Source: Azolla caroliniana
Taxonomy: Eukaryota > Plantae > Polypodiophyta
Length of the DNA: 64,000 nucleotides
Direction of reading: 5' to 3'
NCBI GenBank assembly: GCA_043228905.1
Contig: JBHGNT010000012.1
Coordinates: forward strand, 4,898,001 to 4,962,000
The notes under the pieces are model-generated. The model worked only from the letters and a program-made list of their open reading frames with translations. It was not told where the DNA came from and did not search any database. Shown here piece after piece: positions 13,203-24,300 of the stretch. Position 1 is the stretch's first letter. Each line of letters begins with the position of its first letter. Position numbers and translations under genes: made by a program.

Positions 13203-13422
13203 AAAAAACAGAAAATGAGACTTAATTAAACTATGAAATGATGAAAAAAACAGAAAATGGGACTTAATTAAACTATGAAATGATGAAAAAAACAGAAAAT
13301 GGGACTTAATTAAACTATGAATTAGTGAGAAAAACACAAAATCAACTTAATTAAACTATGAAATAGTGAGAAAAACAGAAAATCAACTTAATTAAACTAT
13401 GAAATAGTAAGAAAAACAGAAA
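13203..13422. repeat. 41-43-bp AT-rich tandem repeat in the element B leader
   Basis: About 5 copies of AAAAACAGAAAATGGGACTTAATTAAACTATGAAAT... Confidence 0.9.
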
Positions 13423-13511
13423 ATAGTGGTTCTCTTTTGCTTTCTTCCTTCGTTAAGTGGGTTGCCTTCGAGTTTTCGACTACTCGAAATAGGCTTCAAG
13501 CGTCGGTCGTG

Positions 13512-13529
13512 TCCCCGGCAGCGGCGCCA
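13512..13529 (-). other. PBS of element B, complementary to tRNA-Asp
   Basis: TGGCGCCGCTGCCGGGGA has one mismatch to the complement of the plant tRNA-Asp 3' end (TGGCGCCGTTGCCGGGGA), the PBS typical of Athila elements. Confidence 0.85.
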
Positions 13530-13535
13530 AATAGA

Positions 13536-14102
13536 TGTTAAGGATCTATGTATCGATGGAGTAAGCTCCTCGATGTCGTAGCGGGATTCGGACCGGCGTA
13601 TACCCTCTTGATGGCGAATCGGGCGGAGATGGTTGTCGGATACCTCCGAGCCTCACACTCACTCAACGATTAGTAAATGATTAAGCACGATATCTCTCTC
13701 ACTCTCTCTCACTCTCTCTCATAAACAATAGATCAATAGTATAGACAATAAGAAGCAAGAGTATGTCTATTATTAACCCTCTTTGCTAAGAGGTCTAGCA
13801 CCAACAAGGAGAGAGATTAGTGTTCTCTAACTCAACACTTCACTAATCTCTCTTAAGCTCAAAGGTTACAAGAAAGAGGGGAGGAAGCTCTAGCTCTAAT
13901 CAATAGGAGATCTTTACAAATGGGAGAACCCCCACAAAGCCACTACTATGTGGTTTATATAGCTTTCACGTTTAGGGCATGGGCCTTTCACATTTGGCCG
14001 TCTCTTTGCTTTCCTTTCCTCTTACCGTTTCCTCTTCGTACTACGTCCTTGTTGATGCGTTCTTATTCGTGACTGGTTGTGTTGTTATCCCAACGCTTAA
14101 CA
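13536..14102 (-). repeat. 5' LTR of element B (567 bp)
   Basis: Direct repeat of 2721-3286, followed on the minus strand by the PBS. Confidence 0.96.
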
Positions 14103-16252
14103 ACCCCTTCCGCGTATAACGGCGAAGTGTTGAGGGCAACGGGGACTCGTTCTTCAGTGATGATTCAGACTTTTGTCTTTCCCCTTCGGAACGAGATCAT
14201 GTTGCGTTGCCAATGTTGCTTGATATTCGTTGTACGCAACCATGGTCGACCTAGTAAAATTAGGTAGGCGCCTTGTGTCTCCAGTCTTAGCACGACAGCC
14301 GAGATCGTGAACATGTGGCCTCCGAGTGTGAAGTCGAGATGGCGGATTAAACCAATGGGGCGAACGGAGCGGGTGTCGGTCATCCGAAGCCAAAAGGGGC
14401 ATGGTTCCCATTGATTCAGGCCGAGGTTGAGACACGTTGACTCGCTAATAACGTTTACGCCGGATCCGTCGTCAATGATGCATCCGTGCAGGTCTTGTCC
14501 CTTAATGATGATTCGCACGGCTGGGTTCTGAGAATCCATGAGTGGTGGACCGGTTCCTGCTTCGGTGAGGTGTACCGGTGGCGTCACAGGCTTAGTATTG
14601 GCCTGGAGTGCTGCCAGGGTGTCCCGAAATCTCGGCATGAGTGGTAACAGTTTATGTAGGGGCAGCGAGATGCGAGAGTTGGTAAGAACATCCCATAGCT
14701 GGTCTTCCTCCGACGACGTGGATGGTGCCGAGGTTTGTGGTACTTCACTAGGCCCATCTCTAATGTCCGTTTGCATGCGTACGACATTCTTTTTATTGGC
14801 CGTGTCAATCCATTCTTTTGCGACCTGGCGTACTTCATCCTGGATTTGCCACTAAGTAGTTTGCGCTTTACTCCGGGTAGTGACCGTTTGAACATCAGCC
14901 ATGATATTGTTCACCGCAGGTGCCTTGCCACGGTTGGTTGTCGGACATTGCGTGGCGTAGTGGCTTGGTTGATTACATTTAAAACATATCACGTTGGCCG
15001 AGCTACTGGTGTCCGCTCGGTCTATGTGTGGAAGCTATTGTTGTTGATTCTCGGTCTCGTTTGGTGGTGGGTTGTTCCGAGGTGCGTTGGAGTTGCGCTG
15101 GTCATTTTCAGGAGCGTCCTGTCGGCGGTTGTCATTAGGTCTTCTATTGTTGCGTGTGTTGCGGTTGCCGTTTCACCGATCATTGCGTGAGTTCCGTCGG
15201 TCATACCGGTCATCGCAATCGTCATCATATCGAGCATAATCGTTGTGCCGGTCATCGCGATAATGATCACGACGGTCATCACGTCGGTAGTCGTCGTCTC
15301 GGCGCCGTTGATCCGGGGATCGCGGTCGGTCGTTATCCTGGTCTCGGTAGATATATCGCTCGTCCTGCCGAGAGTATGTATTTCGTGGCTCGATCTGGCA
15401 GACCGGTGCCGCCGTTGTGCGGTTCAGCATATTATATTCGCACTGCTCGACCGTGTGAGCTCGAGACTGACAGATCGGACACTGTGGTCGGTGGGGACAT
15501 TCGAGGGCCATGTGCCCTGATCCTGAACACGTCGTGCATTGGAGGGCTTGGCGAAAGCGATTGTCCTCTTGGGGAAGAGCGTTTTGCAAGGATGTCATCG
15601 AGAAGGCCGTGTTGTGCTGGTTCCGATCGAGGGCGAGAACGCGCGCTATGACTTGTTCAATAGTATGGTTGGCGAAATTTGTAAGTGCGAGAGTCATTCG
15701 TAGAGGCTCTCGTAAACTGGATAGGAAAGTGTCCGGTATATGTTGTGCCGAGACATCATCGACCACTTGTCTGTAGAGATCCTGGAACCGGATCGTGAAC
15801 TACGCGACCGTTTCGTGCGGTTCCTGGCATATAGAGAAGAATTGCCTGAGCAATTCCCGTTTAGGCACCTCACGATGAAAAAGTTCAAGGAACTTTGTGC
15901 GCACGATTTGGAAAGTGGTGGCCTCTCCTATTTCGAGGCGAGAGTACCATCGTGCGGTCGGTCCATCGAGGGAGAGTGTGAACTCGGCAATCTTTGAGGC
16001 ATTGATTTCAGTCGGCGTGAGGCGGTGCGTGGAGTGGTTAGCCTGCCACGTGGATATGAAGGCACGGATGTGTGACTCCGCGTTTGGTCCGTCGGTGTAT
16101 CGTGGGTATGGGTACGACATGATGTCGTACTGTGGGTCTTCTGGTAGCGCTGGAAAAGGGTTTAGTTCCGGTTGATTGACCTCCGGAGGGCTCGACGGGG
16201 GTTTTGGTGGTGAATCAACTCGCGATCGAGTGTCCGGTGGCGAGGATTGCAT
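14103..16252 (-). pseudogene. Element A gag-protease (disrupted)
   Basis: Retrotransposon-gag-like segment, two CCHC knuckles (CTTCSGSGHMALEC, CPICQSRAHTVEQC), and a protease with CIIDDGSGVNVI...ILLGRPWL. Confidence 0.88.
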
Positions 16253-16420
16253 TGGACAAGCCTCTGATTGATCGGGAAAGGATTGGTCAGTGACTGCCGA
16301 GTCGGAAGTTCCTTCGACTGGCTCAGGGCGTCGGGCGGGTGGCCGAGACCTCGTGGTGCGAGAGGGCGCCGTAACGACGGCTGGTGGTTACCTTCAACGA
16401 AGTTCGCTGTGCACTCACAG

Positions 16421-16438
16421 CTGTAACCGGGCGTGCCA
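16421..16438 (-). other. Primer-binding site of element A (TGGCACGCCC..., tRNA-Arg-like)
   Basis: The minus strand reads ...GGTAACA-caatt-TGGCACGCCCGG, directly after a putative LTR end and upstream of gag. Confidence 0.65.
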
Positions 16439-16443
16439 AATTG

Positions 16444-16860
16444 TGTTACCCGTTCCTTTGGGTGAACACCTTCGATAGATCTGCGGCTATCGGTATTCAA
16501 GGGCGTGGTACGTGAAGGCTCGTAACAGAGGCGTCGAGAGAGAGACAGGGCTCAGAGAGAAAACACTAGCGAGGTCTTGATAGACGTGGGCGGCGTTGAA
16601 CTCATAGGTATGGATCAAAGCACAGACTCATGGAGCAAAATGGGCACAAATAAGATCTATTAATATGACATAAAAGATTACAGAACACGGCCTATGGCCG
16701 GTGACCTTACAAGTTTACCTAGTTACGAGGGACTAAGCTAGTGCTTCCGCCTATATTTTTCTTCTCTCTCTCTCTGAGGTACTGGTCCTCGTTTAAATAA
16801 CTTTTCCCCTAATACACAGCCGAGCCGTCGGTGGCCCGTGATACTCGAACTCGGCGTTTG
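16444..16860 (-). repeat. Truncated 5' LTR of element A
   Basis: Begins TGTTAC next to the PBS. Composition changes abruptly at about 16860. The partner LTR is not in the window. Confidence 0.55.
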
Positions 16861-18560
16861 CTAATTTCCTAATTTTACATTTCTGTCCCCTGGACAACAA
16901 TGAAGACCATCCAATTTACCAAACTTTGTTCCCCTATTGTCCCATGGAATCCTTGTTGTAGTGTTTCGAGCTTTCTTTCTTGAGCATAACCCATCATATG
17001 ATATAATTGTGCCATCCTTATCTCTGTGTCCCCTTGAATCATCGTATTGGCTCCAAGCTCTTTTCTCTTTCCTCACTTCCCATTTCTTCTTATTCTCCAT
17101 GAGTTGTAGATGTATCCCTAGCTTGAGCTCATTGAGTGTAATGTGAGGACTTAGCATAGACTTAATCCCACAACTTCTTCATGTTCCTTTCCTCATGGGT
17201 TTGTATATCACGATTACCCTCTTTGGTTCTTCATGCTAACTCCACTTGAAAAAGAATTGAGCTTTGAATATTCAAGCATTGAGGCACATGATGATGTGAC
17301 AACCACCCATCCCTTTGAATCCTCTACGTCATCAATCTTTTTATCAAACCTTCAATCTCTACCTTCATTGTCGTCCCTTTTCACTCGACTTTCCACCACT
17401 GTCATAAGGATGTCATCCTTGCATTCGCGTATGTACATGTTGGACTTGTGTCAGGTTCTTGTATGTCATCCTCTTTAGTTACCTATAATTCAAAGCACTC
17501 CTTTTGTCTCATTTCACCTTTCATGTAGTCTCTAGTTCTTGAGTTTGGTGTACCACTTGTTCCCTGAGGAACACTCTTCAAATCATTGTCAAACTCTTCA
17601 TCTCACATGTGTCTATCTTTATTCACTTGTCATTAAATATTTTCTTTGTTTATTCCTGCATCATCTTCATCCTTCTCATGGATGTGTCATACCAACTTCC
17701 GTGATGATCAGTTGGACCATCCTAGCTCTCCAACACACAAATCTCAAGCTCTCAAAGTGCGACATCATTATCCCACTTGTTCTCGATGTCACATTTGTAT
17801 TTGGATGTTATATTTGCCGATCCATAGACTAAGTATTTTTCGACTTCTTCTTTTTGTATCGTCGTAATCATATTGCCTTCGTTTTGAACTTCTTCAACTT
17901 CCATCTCTTCACATGGGTGGGCATGTAAATATGATTTTATATATGAAACTTTAGAGATAGAATTCATCTCATCGTTCAGACTGCATCTAATATTTTCATT
18001 CTCCTCCATTGTTTTCAATTTTACTTCAAAGTACGACGCTTCATATATGCTAGTCGTTGCGTCGTTTGAGTCCCTTGTAATTTCACTTAGCTTTTCATTG
18101 AATTTAGTGAGGCTCATGGTCGAAGCTTCGGAGAGGACATCCGTGCCATTATTTGGATCAACCTCGAGTTCCACTTTTGTACATGTAAGTGCCTCTTGGA
18201 ATGAAGCCTTAGTAGTGCATACATGTGTCTCGTTTACACCCATTTTTATTTATCCTTTTCTCCTTTTGCATTCATCTATATTATATTATCCTTCTAGGCA
18301 CCTTGTGTGAGTGAAATGTTGATCATCATGTCCATCTATTCATGTTGCCTATACTTGGCCCATGAAAGTCCACATATTGCCTCCACAAGATTTGAACCCT
18401 TCACCTCCTCATTCCAATCGTAAGTTCTTGTCAATTGAACTATATATTATTGTTGTGTTGAGCCTCATTTTGTATATATCTTTCTAGTCATGCCTTCGTT
18501 CAAACCTTCAACCTTTCATAAACCTAGAGTTTGATGTTTTTCTTCCCATGTGCAAATCAT
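16861..18560 (-). mobile_element. Probable ancient retroelement remnant
   Basis: Fragmented charged ORFs on the minus strand (16861-17157, 17752-18243) with no diagnostic motif. Confidence 0.3.
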
Positions 18561-20049
18561 ATCATGACAATGTATGTTTTGTACTTGATTATTTTTTATT
18601 TTTTACGATTCAAATGTATTTCCTTAAATTGGTGTTTTCCAATGGAGTTTGAAGTTCCAATCATGTCAAAAACTTTCATGCTATTCGAGTCAATTTGAAC
18701 TTAGTTAATTAGCATTACAAAGATGATTTGAATCCATAAGCAAGGCGTTGGACCTCGTTTGAATAATAAAGAGAGGCTACAAATTTGGGGTTCTTGGAGT
18801 TAATGCTCGTAGAATCATTCAAGAGGCAAAATTTGCCATTATTTCTAATGGTATAACTAAAAGTGGGCAAATAGAGAAAAACTTAGAAATCTTATTTTTG
18901 TTGATAATATGGTTGCTTTTGGATGTTTGGAACATAGTACGAACTTCATTTGATGTGATTTTGTCATGAAACAATGTAATTGTTTTGATTTAAAATTTGG
19001 CCTCCAAACACAATAGATAAGGGCTTTATCAACACCCTTATTTTTTGTAAAAGACATCGAACAATGATGCAGAGAGCGTGTGTTGTTAAATGCGTCGTCA
19101 TCCTATGCTTGCACATTTTATGCGAGAATCAAAACGCGGCCCATAGTGATGCACTTTTTTGTTTTTTAAATTCGTAATCCCCTTTTGATACGTGGTTGAG
19201 GCTCCTCCAATCAAGAGCGAACAATAGAAGAATGTTGAAATCCCATCCTTAATTTCTAGGTATGTTTAGGGTTAGGGTTACACATACACATACATAGAAA
19301 TCAACATAGATTACAAAACCAAACATACACATACATGCACACACAAATTTATACATTCCTACACAAACATACAATTTTACACTATTATACATATATTCAT
19401 ACATTCATATACCAATACAACATTCATATGCATGGATGTATACAATTACACACTTGAACATAGTTAAAAATAATACATACACATGCACGAAAAACTAACA
19501 AACATATTCATAATCATATATTTTTCTGCAAAAATACATATACACATATATATAACAAGGATAAATACACATAAATTCATTCATTGATACACAAACTTAC
19601 TCAATTATACATGCATTCATACAAACAGATTGAAACATTTTTACATGTTCGTATAAACATTTATGCACATTTTATTATTCAATCCTACACATACACGCAC
19701 ATACATTGTGATGTCCATATTGTGTCCCAAGTAGGACACAATCCCGGGGAACCCAATGCCAATCCCAAAAGGGGTATGTCCCAACCCCGAGTTCCAATAG
19801 TTTGGCCTGATATAAGGAGGAGCCCTTGCTCATTTCATCCCATTCTTAGATTTCAAGATTCACTCAAATTTGCTCAAGGAGTGCGGCGGTGTTGTGAAAA
19901 TTTATGTATGCTTTGCAAAATACATTCGAAAAAGTACCACATAGTCAAACACACTATTTCCATAGTGTTTCCTACATGTAAAACAATTAGTCTTGGGTCA
20001 TAATGATACACCATTTGCAATAAGCATTATGGTAATATTGCACTTTTGT

Positions 20050-20820
20050 AGGAGTAACTGCCAAAATTGGTTGCCCACTTTTGTAGTTGGATGCTACATT
20101 CCTCGTCAAGATTCTAACTTTCATGCTTGTTTGAATAAAGAGCAACCTTTTGCCAATCTAGAAGATGGTATTGTTTATTTCAAATATGAGGGGAAAGTTA
20201 TTGCCTTTGGTGACATGAATGCCCATACATGACGTTTCCAACTTGATGCACAACAATCTTTCATGCCACATATCATTAGGATGTAATAGGATATAGAATT
20301 GTATAGTCACTCTTCCATTGATGAAATACAAATAGTGTTGGTCACTCTTCCATTGTTGGTCCCTACAAATATATCGTATCATCATGCAATGCCATCATTA
20401 TGTTGGGCTACACCACATTTTCTTGGGTATCACCTAAAGCAAAAAAGGTGTGGAATGTATTTAAGTCAAATGCAAGGCGGCAATATATTGCAACATGGTT
20501 GGCATTCCCATTTGCCATTTCGTGCAAAGGTATTCATATGGAGAGTCGTGATTAGTGGGCTCTCATTAGGTTTAGGCTTAAAGAGACAAGGACTAGGGTC
20601 AAATATGTGCTTCTATAACACCATTCAGTTGGAGGACAATACACACAAGTCCATTAAATGTCATATAGTTCATATCGCGTGGAGGTACTCATTGAAGTTT
20701 TGACATGTTTTAACCCATTCTTATTCGAGGCCTCAACAATGGGTTTTTTCTCAATATGTTCAAAATGGTATGAAGGATGAGCTAGAGATATTGTTCAAAT
20801 TTTTACGATATCGAGGGCTA
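20050..20820 (+). mobile_element. LINE remnants (endonuclease fragment and zf-RVT fragment)
   Basis: VVGCYIP...VIAFGDMNAHT is AP-endonuclease-like. WHSHLPFRAKVFIWR...C...EDNTH..IKC is zf-RVT-like. Confidence 0.65.
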
Positions 20821-20824
20821 CAAC

Positions 20825-21012
20825 AAGGAATCAAGAACTGTTCGGTTTTGGCTTAACCGGCTTGGCCTTGTCCAAAACCAAACCAATTAAGTCTTAACCG
20901 GGTTGAGAGTTTCCAAACTCGAGTCGAACCAATTCCTAAACCGGTTAAGGCTAACTGGCTTGGCCAAACCTGTTAAGCCTAAACCGATTTAGGAACCGGT
21001 TTAGCCAAGCTC
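20825..21012 (+). mobile_element. Degenerate hAT-like terminal fragment
   Basis: Dense AACCG/CGGTT motifs, similar to the reverse complement of 39190-39345. Confidence 0.5.
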
Positions 21013-21254
21013 ATTAAGCCTTATATAAGAAGGCTATATAAGAAGTTGTAACAAGTGGTTTTTTTTTACATATGTATGTACAATTAATATAATAATTGTG
21101 TGCTTTTACACACACACACACACAGAGTTCAAAAAGAAAGAAGCATTTGTTTAGGGCAGAAGTATAAATAGGAGGGAAGACGAAGACGAAGTTCTTCTTG
21201 CCGTTTCTTCTGCAGAAAACCCCCCGTCGAGCGACACAGAAACACCGACCCCCG

Positions 21255-21265
21255 CTCAAGCTCAA

Positions 21266-21301
<36 letters not shown>
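21255..21301 (+). repeat. (GCTCAR)n hexamer repeat in the probable 5' UTR
   Basis: About 8 copies of GCTCAA/GCTCAG. Confidence 0.85.
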
Positions 21302-21376
21302 ACCCCCAGCTCCAGGCACAGCACCTCCAGAGCCAGAATCTGTCGTCTTACTACGGTTTCAACCAAACGCAGTCGC

Positions 21377-24300
21377 ATGATGCAGCAGCAAACCGATCAT
21401 TTCACCTACGCTGCTCAGGCGGAGCATTACGTACATGGAGCTCAGCAGCAACTGCAGCAGCAGGAATCTTATGCTCAGATCCTTCATCATCCACAGCAGG
21501 AGCATTATGCCCATGGTCCTACACACTATCAAATCCCGCAGACTTTCGAAGAGGTGAGAACCCTGTGGATGGGGGACCTACAGTATTGGATGGATGAGAA
21601 CTACCTTTGTAGCTGCTTTGCAGTGACCGGAGAGGTAAGCATGCATCCTTCAGTTCATATATAATTTTAATTCTTAAATGTTAAATCTTTATGGTCATGT
21701 GATGTGATGTTGGCTAGGTTGAACTATTATTCTTTCTAGGATGATAGTGAATGGATTAGGTTAGTTCTTGCCGGAGATAAATTTTATTCCAGAAAACGTG
21801 CAGAAAACAATGGATCACACACACACACACACCTTTAAATGCCTCCTGTAAGTGAATTGATAAGGTATAACATATGGGATGCAAGAGAGAGAAGGAAAGC
21901 AGATATTCACAAAGAAAAATGACAAATATGCTCCAGTTATATATGTATGTACATATATAAAGACACACATCCATGCAGATATGTGCATGTTCATATATAC
22001 ATAGGTTGTATACATGTATTCGTATGAAAAATAGAAGACATTCATGAATGTTTAGGACTATAGTGAGGCCGCTCTTTTCTGGTTTTCATGTTCATCCCAC
22101 CTCCCTTGCCCTTTTGGTGCAGTAAAAGAAGGTTGACTGTGGTGGATAATCCAGAATTTTCGTAAGGTCTGACTCATTTATGAAAGGAATTGAGAACCCT
22201 AAAACCTTCCCTCAATACTTTCATGATATCATCTTCTATGGGTATTTTAAACTAGATGCATGAATCCAATTAAGTCTTGTATGTATAATTCTATATGGTT
22301 ACACCCTGATTCTTGATGTCCAGACTTCAGTTTTTATTTTCAACTTTCTTGAACTCCTAAATTTGCATACCATAACTGATGGTTCGTGATAATATATCTT
22401 TACATTCACAAGATAAATTAGAAAGATACACAAGAAAGAGACAAAAGAGTGAAGCAGGGATTGCATAGACATTCAGTACAATAGGGCATTTTGATCACAT
22501 TTTTAGAGTATATTTGACTTGGTTAGATTAATATAAGCTTGTACTCTTACATTTGATTGAGCCATAAGCCTCTCTATTAAGGCAAAATTGTCATTGCTGT
22601 ACAACTGGAGCTGGCATGTGCATTTTGTTAACCTATGACTATTTGAACTTGGAGTGCTTGTAAATGCTTGGAACCACAGATACAAATATGATCTGAGAAA
22701 TTTTATTGTATGGATGCACTTTTGACCAGTTTACAATATACTTAGATAGTGTTGAGTTATAAGGCAGGCTACACAGTGAAGTCTATGAGCACAACCATGT
22801 ATACTAGATGTACTAAATACTATCTTGAAACTTGAGGCAGAAGGGAAATTTTTCAAAGAGGATGGAAATCCAACTTGCCTATCTTCAATACATGCATGAT
22901 CTCCCGTTTTTTATTCTTCTAGTTGGTATCTATATTCCAGGTCAGTTTTGTTTTTAAAAAGGTATCTATATTCTAGGTCTTCCACTTGGCATGGTTAGTG
23001 TGAGTCCAGGTTACAGAGAGAGGTGCCTATGGCTCTCTACAGGAGATGCTGGAAATATACAGACTGGTTATTGGGAGGATCTAAATTTTTTTCCTAGGAG
23101 AATACTTATGCAGGGTTCAATGAATAAATGATGGATCATGGACCTTAAATTTGTAGGTATCTATCATCTTTCACTTTTTTGTTAAAGCTGATTTCATGTT
23201 TAGAAAATGCTGCTTGTGAAGTATTATTGTTTCATCAGATAGTTTATCTCATGAATATCTCAACTATACTTATTTGACTTGCAGCCAATATTATCAGCAA
23301 AAGTCATAAGAAACAAGCAAACAATGTGCTCAGAAGGCTATGGCTTTGTGGAGTTTACTTCCCATGCTGCTGCAGAAAGAGTTTTACAGACATACAACGG
23401 AACATTGATGCCACAAACAGAACAAGCTTTCAGGCTCAACTGGGCATCATTTGGAGTTGGAGAAAAACGTATAGAGGGAGGTTCTGATCACTCAATATTT
23501 GTAGGGGATCTTGCTATTGATGTCACAGATTATGTGCTTCAGGAAACTTTCCGATCACGTTATCCTTCTGTTAGAGGTGCTAAAGTAATTATAGATCCTA
23601 TAACCAACCGCTCAAAAGGCTATGGCTTTGTGAGGTTTGCGGATGAAAGTGAGAAGAATCGAGCTATGGCTGAAATGAACGGCGTATATTGCTCTAGCAG
23701 ACCCATGCGAATTAATGCTGCAACAACCAAAAAAGGTTTACCTCAAACATTTTTCATGCAGATGAGGTTGACTTTTTTATTAATAAATGAAACAATTACT
23801 TTTTTGATAAATGATATCAAGATTACTATTAACATCCAGGACGTGCATGCTTATGTTTTTCTAGATATATACAAGGGTTCACATTGCTCATTGAAGATTT
23901 TCGTTAACTTTTTGTATACTATCTTCATGAATTATGATAATTTGTGGGGACAATAAGATTCAGGCCTAACCTGTGCAGAACCCGATATTCTTTTATTGGT
24001 TTCCTTTGCTAAAGGCAACCAAACTTGGATGTTGGTTTCTGTAGTTGTGTGGTATATGATCTTTAAATTTTCTTAACATTGATATATTTTCATTAAATAA
24101 CCAGTTTTACTGAATCATGTTTTCCGGTCTTCAAGCTGGTTTCACTATCCAAACTTCTGTCTCCTCAAACAAGATTGTAATATGCATGATAGAAACTTAA
24201 TAGTTGTTTTTTATTTTTTTGTAGCCATACCCACTACTGTCACGACATATCAAGGTTCAACAACTCAAAACATACCAACTGATAGTGATATAAATAATTC

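Larger units (their letters stand above)
2721..14102 (-). mobile_element. Full-length Ty3/Gypsy element B with an Athila-type PBS, nested in A
   Basis: Two near-identical LTRs with TGTTAAG...CTTAACA ends, 5-bp TSD ACCCC (2716-2720 and 14103-14107), PPT at 3287-3298, PBS at 13512-13529, and gag-PR-RT-RH-INT order. Confidence 0.96.
1..16860 (-). mobile_element. Outer Ty3/Gypsy LTR retrotransposon A (decayed, interrupted by element B, 3' end outside the window)
   Basis: Domains on the minus strand run gag/zinc knuckles (15173-16252), protease (14165-14776), RT/RNase H (824-2490), integrase (1-820). The reading frame rejoins across insertion B as ...PLYAEG|VHMLDGL... A PBS and a partial LTR lie at 16421-16860. 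Confidence 0.9.

Noticed and set aside
12749-13422. Repeat arrays resembling CRISPR, and ORFs translated from them
   Set aside because: These are head-to-tail tandem units without unique spacers, in a eukaryotic retroelement leader with no cas genes.
19240-19710. AC-rich tract with a 139-aa ORF
   Set aside because: Low-complexity degenerate microsatellite sequence with no protein-like features.
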